A DNA stretch of 64,000 bases, taken from Sphagnum compactum (taxonomy: Eukaryota). The position numbers and the translations under genes were made by a program. Under the pieces are notes generated by a model that saw only the letters and a list, made by a program, of their open reading frames with translations, made no database searches and had not been told where the DNA came from. Of this stretch, positions 38,380 through 50,945 are shown one piece after another. The stretch is taken from positions 34,710,213-34,774,212 of the forward strand of contig OZ234493.1 in NCBI GenBank assembly GCA_965153455.1, read 5' to 3'. The first letter of the stretch is position 1, and the number at the start of each line of letters is the position of its first letter.

Positions 38380-40660
38380 CAATCAAAGTACCATCTCAAG
38401 ACAAAAAATCTTGCATATTTTGAGGTTTACCTTCAAGGCATCCAACATGAACATCATTAAACCAATATTTTTTACAATCAAAATGAGATGATCCAAGTTT
38501 TCAATCCCCAATCTATTAAAGTGCCAAAGATTAATGATGATTGTAACAACGTTAAAAATATGTGAACCCACAATCCCAAGCATTTGACGAACCAAGAAAG
38601 CCACACATGGAAATTAAATTGTGTGTTGACCCCACCAAGCTAAAGGGTTTTCAATTTTTGATTGTCACACACATAATTGACGAAACAATTGTAGTTCATT
38701 TTTTAAGGTAGATTTGATTACATCATCACTTGATATAATCACCCAAAGAAAAAATCGTCATCTTCAATTGGTGTTGCCTCAGATGACATTTTTATAGGGT
38801 TTAGATAGAAATAAACATGTAATAGAAATGGATACATAACCTTTGCATCGTATCTACAACAATCTCATTAGCACCAAAATTTCCCAAATAATTTCGAGTA
38901 ACTTTCATGTTTTTGAAACAAAGGTCAAACATTATGGCCAACATATTATATGCCTCACCTTGAATGAAAGATTCAAAAAATGTCAAGAACGGCCCAAGTA
39001 CATCAAAATTTGTGCCATCATCCTCAACTTAAATTCTTGTAATTCTGAATCAAAATCACCACACATGTAGGCTAATTTAGAGCATGAATTCTACCTACCT
39101 CAATTCTCATATTAATGCATAAGATGATAATAGAAACCAACACATCTAACAATAACCAAAAGCCTTGGCTCTAGTTTAAATTAACACATTGTTTGACCAC
39201 TAATATGAAAGTATCACAAATGGCTTGAATGACAGCCCATGTCTAACCAATTGGCATTCTAGATTACAAATGCAATTCATGTTGTCACCCATAATAAATA
39301 GAAATAGTTTTTTGATACTTTAAAGTCTCTTGGAACACGAAGACCTGTGATGTAAACCTTTGTTTTGACAAGAGTTCTCAACATTGTAAATGGCAACCTA
39401 GCAATAATGTAAGAATCCTTCCACTTCTACTGCCATTTCCTAGATTTTTTAGTCCATGTTATTGTCTTTTGTAGTGATGCTTATGACCCCTTCAAGTTGA
39501 CCTCTATAAATCCAAAACACATTTTCACATCATCAATGGCATATTGTGCAGCTTTTGACATGGCATGCCCCAAACAAAAACCAACAAATGGACATGGTAA
39601 TTGAAGTGGAAAACAAAATAGCACAAATGCCAAAACAAAGGTTAGACCCCTCATCTTTCACATATGTGATAACCTTATTAAACAAGCCAAATGAGTTCAA
39701 TAACACTTTAACTTGAACTACCATGGCTACACCTACAATGTTTTGCACTTCAAGAATGTCCATAATGATGTGAACAAGTTCCACTCGTCATTGATAAAAT
39801 TAACCACCATGGCAAAAGTGTCATGCCCAACACAAAATATTCACAATACAATACAAGTAATCCATGAAGCAAAAGAGGGTATGACATATTTATCCATGGT
39901 TTTGTTTACAACACTTGGGAATATTTCATTCACCAGTTGGTGTTTAGAAGGAAACATAACATGCCCACATTGTTTTAAAATCATGCACCTTAACTAAGGA
40001 TTTTCAACAAAAGACAAGGGACAATATCCCTTTGTTATATGTACAAAACCAAATCTTCAAGAAATGCAAGTTGTGCAAGATCTGACTTGTTGTAAGGTTT
40101 GTGATTACCAAAAACTTTAGTGATTTGTGAGGGGGCAATGGTCTTCCTTTTTTGTTGTTTTTTTATGATCTCCTACAACATTATCATCTGCACCAACAAC
40201 CCCCACTTTGTATATATTGTTGAATGTAACTTTAAAACATGTTTTTTCAGAAAATTAATACTTTGGTCTTTGTTATAGCTCACAAGCCCCTTCAAACTTT
40301 TCATGTGGGCCGAATTCTGAATGCCAACATTCACTATAGCTAAATGGCATAACGCACAACTCATAATTTGCGGGTTACAAAAACTAATAAAGGCAACATC
40401 ATTCACAACAAAAAAACTTTAATAATCAACAAAACAATGAAAGGGTTACCACGTAGCTCGATTTGCCAACAATTGTTGAGTGAGAAGTTCCCAAGAAGCA
40501 TCTACTTGAAGATTAGATGCCTCTTGCGAACCATTATTAATTTGAGTTTGAAATGTAGATTCATTGTTTTCTTCAATATTGAACAAAGAATTTAGGTTGA
40601 TGAGAAGGGGAATGCTAGTGGTTGATTCCATTGCGTTAATTGTTGTAGACACACACAATT
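38380..40660 (-). pseudogene. hAT-superfamily transposase relic (element may span ~37322-41072)
   Basis: BED-finger-like IMSCALCH...LKKHVLKLH, ITYVKDEGSNL, YNMLAIMFDLCFK, and a dimerisation-like AFLVRQMLGI...RLGIENLD. Many stops. TAGGGTG at 37322 and CACTCTA at 41066-41072 are possible ends. Confidence 0.75.
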
Positions 40661-42369
40661 AACAAACAACAACTAAGATGCATGAACAAATAAACAAAAT
40701 TGCGCACAAATGGGAAGCAACAAGTAACACTTTCAAACCTACACCTCAATTCAAGGAGATCAATACTTTGCAATGACAAATATTGATATAAGAGATTAAC
40801 CTAACTAAACTTTGGTCCAAAATCATGTCATTTGAAAACAATAAGTCCTTTGCTAAAAACTTCAAACCTCAAAATCGTATGGCATGTGACAAAAAAATAT
40901 GAAACAATGGTGAACAAAAACTTTGTTGAACTCATTCAAAGGTTGCAACAAATAATCAAATATCACAAAGGTAAAAATGCAATGATGGACCAAAAAATTT
41001 CATGACACAATTTGCAATTTGTCTAAATGCAACCAAGGTAGCCCACAAACATTTGTGGGTGTATGCACTCTAAAGTGGCTCATTTTCGGCAGATGCTCCA
41101 CTCCTCAAAAGTCCATATGGTAGTGTTAAAATGACAATTTATTTTGATATCATTAATTTAGTGGGGAATTACATGGTGGTTAATGAACTAAAAAGCCCAT
41201 ATGAAAATAACCCATTCTAAACAATTCTTTAATGTACATGTTAAAAAAATAAAATTGAAATCCACCCAAAAATGATTATGATATGGACTTATGAAAATAT
41301 GGCTCATTTTAGGCCATTCAAAAGTCCATAACTTTTTTTTGGTTTTTTATTTTCTAGCAATTGTTTTGCACATATGTTTTTTTAATTTTAACATATCATA
41401 TATTGAATCCTTATAATACATTTCAAATAAAATTGATACCCAAAAATGCATGTATATAAAGGCACAAATAACAAACCAGTCCATATTTTTCAACTTCAAA
41501 AGTTTACTACTACATATTTGGTGTATATATGTTCCAATATATTTTCTAGATGTCTTTTCTTCAAGTTAACAATCTGAATTTAGCCACAAATTTGAAAAAA
41601 TATTATTTTTATGTCATGTTATAGCATGTAAATGCATGCCACTCTACAAAAGACTAAATTGCAACACAAAAAGTGAACCACCCTACCTTGCAACCACCCT
41701 TGTCGAGAGATGAAAGATTGTGGCGACTACCAACCTTGGGAACTTGTTTGGGATGTTTCTAGTTCCAAGTAGCAACCTTAAACATCATGTTCTTAATCTT
41801 TAGCTCTCATACAAATTTGTTGCAACTAAAAAATGGCTTCAAGCATAAAGGAAATAAAAATATCAGTGCATTGCTTCAAGCATAAAATAACCAAAAAAAA
41901 ACTGAAAAGAAAAGAAAGGGAGAAACAGAAAAAATAAAATTTAAGAAAGTAACTATGACAAACAAAAGAGTGAGAAAGCTTGATAGAAAGAGGTTGTGAC
42001 AAAAAGAATTTTACATTTCAAACTAGATATCTGGCCAACACAAGTCTATACCGCCAAGTGTTTGAAAGTGTCAAAAAAAAAATTTATTTTTATTGCTACT
42101 TATATTAGGGTGAAAATTTTGAAAAATAAATAAATATTGGCATGGGCAAGAAGATGAATAAATGGTAAAGGCAATATTTTGGGCACCCTTATTATTATTA
42201 TGAAATAGAAATTTTGCTCATTTTTGTAAGAGCAAAACATTAGCATTTGGATAGGGTTACGATTTAAGGCGCTAGAAATACAAAAATGTTTGTTAAGGTT
42301 TAGTGGTCACTTCAAACTTTAGATGACGAGGAACACTTTTTAACTCAATAAACTCGATTGTTGTCCGAC

Positions 42370-43308
42370 TATCTTGTAGACCTCTTCTTCCCCTGGTTTG
42401 GTTTTTTTGCGTAGGTCGATGGTGTGGTGTTGGCATGGTGCACAACAACATTATCGTAATCTTTTCATGTTGGTGATCAATTGTTGGAACCTTCGTTAGG
42501 TCTTTTATATTTTATTTCTACTCTTCTGTAACATTTAACAGTACATGTAAAAGTTCTTCCAACCATTGTGCTCATCCATTTTGCAATGTGTTCTTGAGTT
42601 TTTCATTTGCCTCCTTATGCATGTATCCTACTTGTCCTAAACTTAGTTTAGTCATTCAACTCCTTAGCTATAACACAATAACAAATGATATCTTGTAGAC
42701 CTCTTCTTCCCCTAGTTTGGTATTTTTGCATAAATCAATGGTGCGCTGCATAATAACATTATCGTAATTTTCTCATGCTAGTGATCAATTGCACTAAAAC
42801 CTTCATTAAGTCTTTTTTCTTTCTTTCTACTCCTTTGTAACGTTTAACATAACAAGTAAGAGTTCGTCTAGCCGTTGTGCTCATCCATTTTGCATTTGTT
42901 GCATTTTATAGTGTGTTTTTGAGTTTTCCATTTGCTTCCTTTTACATGTATCTTACATGTCTTGAAGTTGTAGTCATTTAATTCCTTTTCAATGTTACAA
43001 CAAAAACGTAACAAGCGATATCTTATAGACCTCTTCTTCCCCTATTTTGGTTTTTTTCTGCAGGTCGATGGTGTGGTGTGGTGTGGTGCACAACAACTTT
43101 TTTATAGTCTTCTCATGTTGCTGATCCATTGTTAAAACCTAGGTTAACTGTTTTATTTTTTCTTTATGTTCCTCTACAACGTTTAATAGAATAGGTAAAA
43201 ATTCTTCTAACCATTGTGTTCATCTGTTTTGCATTTGCTGCATCCTACTGCATTTTGCAATGTGTTCTTGAGTTTTCCATTTGTTTTTTTACACATGTAT
43301 CATACCTA
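42370..43308. repeat. Tandem array, ~320-330-bp unit x3
   Basis: TATCTT(G/A)TAGACCTCTTCTTCCCC... starts at 42370, 42689 and 43019, with colinear downstream similarity. Confidence 0.88.
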
Positions 43309-43810
43309 TTGTCACAAAGGCCAGTGCCATGGAGTTCATTCATTTGGATGTTCATCCATAACTTGTAATAAACTTGTACGTAACTTTTAGTTTAGTTTCA
43401 ATTCATTCTTAATTAACTTCTAGTTAAGTTTTAGTTCATTTCAACTTGACTGATAGGTCACTTTTAGTTAACTTTTTAAAAAGTTCTAATTAAATCTGAG
43501 TTAACTCTCAATTAGCTCTTAGTTAATTCTCAATCAAGTTCTAATTAATTTTTAATTAACTCTTAGTTAAGTCCTAGTTAATTCTTAATTTTAACTTTTA
43601 GTTAAGTCATAGATTCTCAATCAACTCCTAATTTAGTCTCATATAACGTTTAATTAAATTTTAATTAACTCATAATTGACTTTTAGTTATGAAGGTTGTC
43701 AAAAAAACTTCTTTACTCATAGAAGCTTCCTTGGAAGTTTATTTGAACTAGGTCCCCAAAAGGGTATAAATAGGAGTACGACTTTTCATTTCCTTTAGTA
43801 TATTCAACAC

Positions 43811-46800
43811 ATATCACAGGGCCAGGCGCGACGCACCGCCCTCGTTCAAATCTCCTTAGCCATAAACCCGGTGTGTCATCGAAGCGCACTGCCCGGAGAC
43901 CGTTCGATCCCCGGTCAACGCCCCTCACTCCGCTGCACCAAGTTCGCCCTTTACATTGGCACGTACAACGTCACAACCTTGAATAGCGACAACATCAGTA
44001 GGGAGTTGGTGGCAACGGACTTCGCGCAAGCGGTGTTGGCGCGGCAGCAGCTGCTCCTGTGCGGCGTGCAGGAGACCCACTGGCTGGATAGCGGGGAGCT
44101 GGATGCAATAGGATATCACTTCCTGTGCTCGGGCCATCCGGCGGGCCACAAGCGCAAGCATGGCGTGGCGCTAGTGCTGGCACCGCAGGCAGTAGTGGCG
44201 TTGTTAGTCTAGGAGCCGCTCAGCCCGCGCCTCCTGTACGCCAAGCTGCAGCTGGAGAAGGGCCTCAAGCTCTGGGTGCTGGTGGCCTATGCTCCCACCG
44301 AAACTGGCAGCAACGTCGCCAAGGATGAGTTCTACCAGTAGCTTGACGACATGACCAGCACTATGCCAGCACGTGATGTGCTGTTGTTGGGCGATTTCAA
44401 CGCGTAACTTGGCTCAGATTGGCGCGCTTGGGGCGGCACCCTGGGTCGCCACAGTACACCGTGCGGCAGCCAGCCAGGGGGCGACAATCAAAAAATGGCT
44501 TGCGCCTACTCAACTATAGTCGCCACCATAGCCTCGTGGTTGCTTCCACGCTCCATTAGCGCCCACACCGGCTGAAGATGACGTGGCGCCACCCCAGCAG
44601 CCGGGCCAGCGACACCGCCATTGACCACATCCTGGTCTCGGGGCGGCATCGTAGCAACATCAGCCAAGTTCGCGTTTCGCACTTTGCGCTACAACCGGCT
44701 GCATGACAGTAGCAGCAACAACAGCAGCAGCGTCGATGGCACCCCCCACAACCTCGTTGGCGCGGAACTGCGCCTGCGTCTTAGCACAGCACCACGCACT
44801 AGTCGCACCCCCGCCACCAAGCGCTTTGGCACACAGTGACTGCGTCACCTGGCAGTGGCTATAGCCTTCAGCCTACAGTGCAGCAACCGCATCGCAGCCC
44901 TGGCAGAGAGCAACCTGCCGACTACACTACAGGATGCAACGTGCTACTGGCCACCGCCGAGGAGGTGCTTGGCTGCGCGCCCTGCCGCCGCAGCGGACCA
45001 ACCTGCCAACTTGACGAACCAGCACAGTGGCTGGCCGACGCCAAGATCGTCGCATTCGTGGCACTTGCGGTCGCTAGCATGCCAGAGGAATAGCAGCTTG
45101 CGCGACAGCAACTCAAGCAGTCCACCCGTCGCCTAAGCAAGTCACTCAGACGGTTGGACGAGGAGGCACTGGCGGCGCAAGGGAGGCGACTGGAGCAACT
45201 CATGGCGGAGGGCAAGACTCACAAGGCGCACCAGTAGCTGCGCAAAATTGTGGGTGGGGGCCATCTACGGGCTATAGACGTTGTTTTGGAAATTTGGGGT
45301 GAACGAGTTTCAGACCCCACCACTAAGGTGGAGGCCTACGCTGCTCACTTTGAGAGGCTACTCAACTGTGCGCGGGATGTGGAGCTGCTGCTTGCGCACC
45401 CACCCGCTCATCGCCCGCCTCCAGAACCGCCGCCCTCAACCCCCAACCTGCCCGCGACCTTCTCGGCAGCCCAGGCTGCCGCACTCCCCCTCCCCCCTGG
45501 TGGTCCCCCTTGCCCAATTTCTACTGAACCGCCCACGCGCAAGGAGACTACCACGGCCATCCGGAGTCTGGCAAATAATAAATCTCCTAGGGTTGATGGG
45601 GTCACAGCCGAACTGCTGAAAAATGGCAGCGAAGCTGTCCTCTCCTGGTTGCACACATTTTGCGCCATCGCCTGCGTCTCCGGGGCTACCCTTGTTAAGT
45701 GGAAGCGCGCTCGCATGATTTTGTTGCATAAAAAGGGCAGTCGCGCCCTACTTTCCAACTACCGCGGCATCGGCCTACTGGACGTCTGTGGCAAGGTCTA
45801 GACAAAGATCCTGCAGCTGCGACTCCAGCATGGGCGAATGGCAGATGGGCTTCCGCCCTCAGTGCTCTTGCACAGATCCCACCTGGGTGGCAACACACCT
45901 CATCATCTGGTCCAAGGAGCACCATCGGCCGTTGTTCATCTGCTTTGTGGACCTTACGAAGGCTTATGATAGCATCAATGGTGCTGCCCTATGGTTTGTG
46001 CTGCAACGTCAAGGGGTGCCGGACAAGTTTGTTGACGTTCTGGCTGACCTACACAAAAGCTCGGTGGCCACCGTCAAGGCTTTCAGCGCCGAGTCCAGGC
46101 CCTTCGGCATACGGGGCGAGGTGCGGCAGGGATGCAACATAGCGCCAACATTGTTCAATCTGTTTTTGGACTTTATCACATTTTAGTCTACATGTGAGTT
46201 CAGGCCGTCCTCGGGGGTCAAGATTGCATTCTCCTACCAAGACCACCCCTTCCAGCTGGACGTTGGCAGCCTACCGGATGAGGTCTGGATAGCCATGCTC
46301 TTCTATGCAGACGACATGGCTTTGCTTGCCGACACCGCCAGAGAGCTAGAGCGCCTGGTTTGCATCTTGGAGGTCGTCACCCAGCGATGGGGCCTCGCTA
46401 TCAGCACCAGCAAGATCAAACTGCTCTGCTTGAACGTTGAGACCTGCCCCAACATCAACATCCGGGGGGAGCAGCTTGAGCAGGTGCATGATTTCACCTA
46501 CCTGGGCACCGCATTATTAGACTCGGGCACTTTCGATCGAGAATATCACACACGTGTCGCCAGGGCACAGAGCAAGTTTGCACAGCTCAAAATGATATTG
46601 ACTAACCAGGTGTTGCATCTCGGCACCAAAATCATTTTGTACCGTGCCTTTGTGCTACCCACTCTGCTGTATGGTTGCGAGTCTTGGGCACTTCGGCCGT
46701 AGCAGTGGAAACGGCTAGATGTCATGCACAATTACTTCCTACGGTGCATTTTAGGCATAAGCCTGCTGGACAAAGTGCCTGTTGCCAACATCCTCTGGCG

Positions 46801-47152
46801 GTGCAAAATCCCCAGCGTGGCTACGCTACTGAGCCGCATTCGCATGCGCTTGGCCGGGCACATCGCACGCATGGACGACCAACGTCTGCCCAAACAGGTG
46901 CTATTTGGCCGCCTGCCGGAGGGCCGCAAGCGTCTCGACAAGCAAAAGGCCCGCATCCAGGATGCATATAGCCTAGACATTGCTAGTTTGAACAAGCACT
47001 TTCATTGGCGGCGACACGATGAACAACAGTGGTGGGACACGGGGCAAGCTGGGGACCGGGCCAGATGGGCGGCGTGCTTGGATGCGCTCTGGCCGCATAA
47101 GCCACTCTCGACAGTGGCGGAGCTCATACCTCCACGTGTAATTGATTGATTG
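43811..47152 (+). mobile_element. GC-rich non-LTR retrotransposon (RTE-like LINE), APE endonuclease plus RT, inactivated
   Basis: APE motifs IGTYNVTTL, GVQETHW, AYAPT and LGDFNA. RT motifs QMGFRP, FVDLTKAYDS, VRQGCNIAPTLF, LFYADD and FTYLG, then RTE-type LPTLLYGCESW, AGHIARM and RLPKQVL. (ATTG)n 3' tail. 11-bp TSD ATATTCAACAC at 43800-43810 and 47153-47163. Confidence 0.95.
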
Positions 47153-47439
47153 ATATTCAACACGTCTTAAGCACTATCTTACACCATAGCTTTGTCATGT
47201 TCATTTCATATTCATGTTTGCATATGTTAACATAATAAATATTCGTTTTCATGTTTGTCTTGCACATCTTGTGTTATTACATTACTACAACAATGGGGTG
47301 TAATTCATTAGCCTAAATCACTGTGGGACCTTAAAAGTGATATAAGTTCATTGCACTTTAATGATTTCACCTTGGCTAAAGTTATTTCATTATAATATCA
47401 CTATGTAAACATCGTGTTTCACTACTACTTGACATAATT

Positions 47440-48130
47440 CACTATTATAATTTATTATGGTAAATAGGTTTATTTTTATGTTGTTGTTTTAAATACCCTA
47501 TGTTATTTTATGATATACCCTATATTATTTTAAGTTACCTTAGTTATTCAAACTTATACCCTAAGTTATTATAAGTTTTTATAAGCTATTATAAATTATT
47601 ATACTTTAAACTATTATACGTTATTCTACTTTAAAGTATATTAGTTAACTTATTACAGGCTTTTTATTTTAAGTTATTTTAATTTAAATTATTCAACTAA
47701 CCCTAGGCTATACCTTAGGTTATTTAATTTTAAGTCAATATATGTTATTTCAAATTATATTTTAAGTTATTCAAGGTCATTATATTTTATGTTATTATAA
47801 GTTATTTTATCCTAAGTATAACAATTAAAAATAATCTAAAATATAATATAATGACCTAAGGTAAAATAACCTAGAATAACCAATAATAGCTTATGAAAAA
47901 TAATTTAAAGTAACCTACAATAAAATAACTACCAATAGCTTATGATAATATAGCCTAAAATATCTAACAGTAACTTATAATATAATAGCCACCAATAATC
48001 ACTAAAATAATAACCATCAATAACCTATGGTAATTTAACCACTAATATCCATTAATATCCATTAATAAAATAGCCACCAATAGCCATTAATAATCAACCT
48101 ATGATAATTTAACCTAAAATGTGTCCATAA
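47440..48130. repeat. AT-rich low-complexity tract with strand inversion
   Basis: The TTAT/GTTATT-rich left half switches to an AATAAC-rich right half near 47820. Confidence 0.55.
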
Positions 48131-48589
48131 GAAATATAAAAAATATCACAAAAGATTTATTATTATTATTTTTAAATGTTTAAAAAGGTTTTTTAAATAA
48201 TTATAGTTTTTGGGATTTTGAAAAGTTCATAACATAATAAATTAAAATCACATTCCATTCATTCAATGAATCTTTAGTTTTTAAAACATAATTCATCTAA
48301 TATCTCAAAGTTTCAAACACATTAGATTAACACATTGTAAAATAAAAGTCCATATCCATGTGTTTTGCAGGTTATGACAAAATTTGTCACCAAGATTCAA
48401 AAGTCCATTACTCATTAAACATTTAAAATTTTGATGTGTTTTTTTGCATTTTTAAAATGCCAACTCTATTAGCATTACATATGTGAGTCCCTTTCTTGAT
48501 ATTTTAACGAAAATATTAACATTTTATATTTAAGTTTCAAAAAGATGCAAGAAAAATTGTAGGTTTGACACTTAAAAAGGGTCTACATA

Positions 48590-50814
48590 GTGTGTTTTCA
48601 CCCAAACATAATCGTGTAGTGATATGTGGTCTTTAGTCGCTACCGTCTTAATGTCTCTGGTCAAAATTATGACTACATGACTATAAATACAACTATAAGT
48701 AGGACTAGAAGTAATTATGATTAAGAATATAATTACATAACTAGTGTATTCAAATTGAAAAAATATTTTGAATTTGAAATAGTATAACCAAATTCAGTTT
48801 AGTTTGAAATGGACAAGCAAATCCTTAAGTAGTTTAGTTTAATTTACCATAACCTAGAATGACCTACTTTAACATAATTTAACTTACTTTAGCTTAATTT
48901 AGCATAAATAACATAGTTTAGTCTAATTTAGCCTATTGTAACCAAATTTAACATAATTTAATATAATTTAAACTAATTTATCTTAGTTCAAATATTATAA
49001 TTTTAACCTAGCAAAATATAAGTAACTTAGTTTAGCTTGGTTTAGCCAATTTTAGATAGTTTAAAAAAGACCACATTAACCAAATTGAAGCAAATTTAAC
49101 CAAAATTAGCCCTAGTGTAGCCATAACCTAAGTAGCCATGTTTAACCAAATTTAGCCAAGTTTAAAGTCAATACCCTATTTTAGCTTAACTTATTTAAGT
49201 TTTGACAAGTGTAACCAAGTTTAATTTTAAAATAATAATTTTTAGCCAATATAGCCTTAATACCCTAATTTAGCTTAATTTTTTCAAGTTTTGCCAAGTC
49301 TAGCCAAATTAAAATTACATAGCCATTTTTAGCCAAGTCTAACATCAATACTTTAATTTAGCCTAATTTATTAAGTTTCGCCAAATCTAGCCAAGTTTAA
49401 CCTAAATGCCATATTTAGTTGTGTTTAACCACCACAATACCCTAATTTAACCTAATTCATCCAAGTTTTGCCAAATCTAGTTAATTAACCTAAGTAACTA
49501 GGTTTAACCAAGTTTTGCCAATTCTAACCAATTTAACATAAATAACCATGTTTAGCTAAATTTAGCCAAGTTTTGTCAAGTTTGCCAAGTTTAGCCATGT
49601 TTGCCAAATTTTGCCACAATACTTCAATTTAACATAATTTATCTATGTTTTGCCAAATTTTGCCAAATTTTACACAAATAACCATGTTTTGCCATGTTTT
49701 GCCAAGTTTAACCTAAATAACCATGTTTTGCCCAATTTTGTCAAGTTTAATGAAATTTAACCTAAATAGCCATGTTTAGCCAAATTTAACCTAAATAGTC
49801 ATGTTTAACCAAGTTTTGTCAAATTTAACCTAAATAGCCATGTTTAGCCAAAATTATCCTAAGTAGCCAACTTTTGCCAAATTTTGCCTCAATATCCTAA
49901 TTTACCTTAATTTATCTAAATTTTGTCAAGTTTTGCTAAGTTTTACCAATTCTAGCCAAGTTTAACCTAAATAACCATGTTTTGCCAAGTTTATCTTCAA
50001 TATTTTAGTTTAGCCGAAATTTATCCAAATTTATCTTCAATATTCTAATTTAGTCGAATTTATCCAAGTTTAGCTTAAACAATTGTGATTAGCTTAATTT
50101 AGTCAATTTTTACCTTAATCTAAGTCTATGTTAGTTTATGGTAAGTAGGCTTACATTTAGGTTAGGAATGTTTAAGTCAGTTTAGGTTAACCTATGTTAA
50201 CCAAGCTAGGCCTATTTTAGCCTAGGTTAGCCTAAGGTGAATTAGGTTAACTTGAGCTAAAAACATTATTATTTATACATTAATGTAAGTAGATTTTACC
50301 ATAAGTAAATAATGTGTGCAATGGTTCAAGACTTGTTCCCCAAAGTGGAGGTGGGGAATTCAAGTCCTCCCACTTACAAACCTTGACACCTAGACACCTA
50401 AACATTTAGATGACTAGATACCTTGGTGGCTTGCCTAGCCTATGAAACTTTTTTAGTGCCTAGGTTAAGTTGCCTAGGGTAGGCTCTATAGGCTAGGTGG
50501 CTAGGCTAGGCTCCCTAGGCTTCCTAGGCTAGGTCCCTTAGGTTAAAAAGCTAGCAATATTTAATTGGAAAGAAAAATAAATAAAATTTAGTTTTTAAAA
50601 AAATTGTAACATGTGACACTTTGTGAAGCTACCACGTGTCTTGCTAGATTTAGGACTATGTGCTTTGTGACTATAGTCATTGCGAACCGTAATCGTTAAT
50701 GTGGTTGCGACTATTGCGACTAATGGGATTTACAACGTGATCATTTGGACTAGGCAGTCATACAATCAACTCTAGTCATAGATGGCACATACGACTAAAT
50801 TTTTGTGAACGTAA
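48590..50814. mobile_element. Putative non-autonomous DNA element with loose TIRs and an internal ~10-bp degenerate repeat
   Basis: The left end GTTTTCACCCAAACATAATCGTGT and right end ACATACGACTAAATTTTTGTGAAC are loosely inverted. The interior consists of TTTAGCCAAG/TTTTGCCAAA/TTTAACCTAA variants. Confidence 0.5.
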
Positions 50815-50945
50815 ATGCCACATTTTGGCATTGTGAATACTAATATATGCCACCATTGCAAGTGCCATTATAAGGCCACCCACTTGTCATTTGACTTGCT
50901 ATCATTGAATTTCCATTCACATTAAGTTTTACTGATGTCTTCTCT

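Noticed and set aside
43811-47152. GC-rich block as bacterial or algal contamination, or as a prokaryotic retron/group II intron RT
   Set aside because: The APE plus non-LTR RT architecture, the 3' microsatellite tail and the exact TSD in host-like flanks indicate an integrated LINE.
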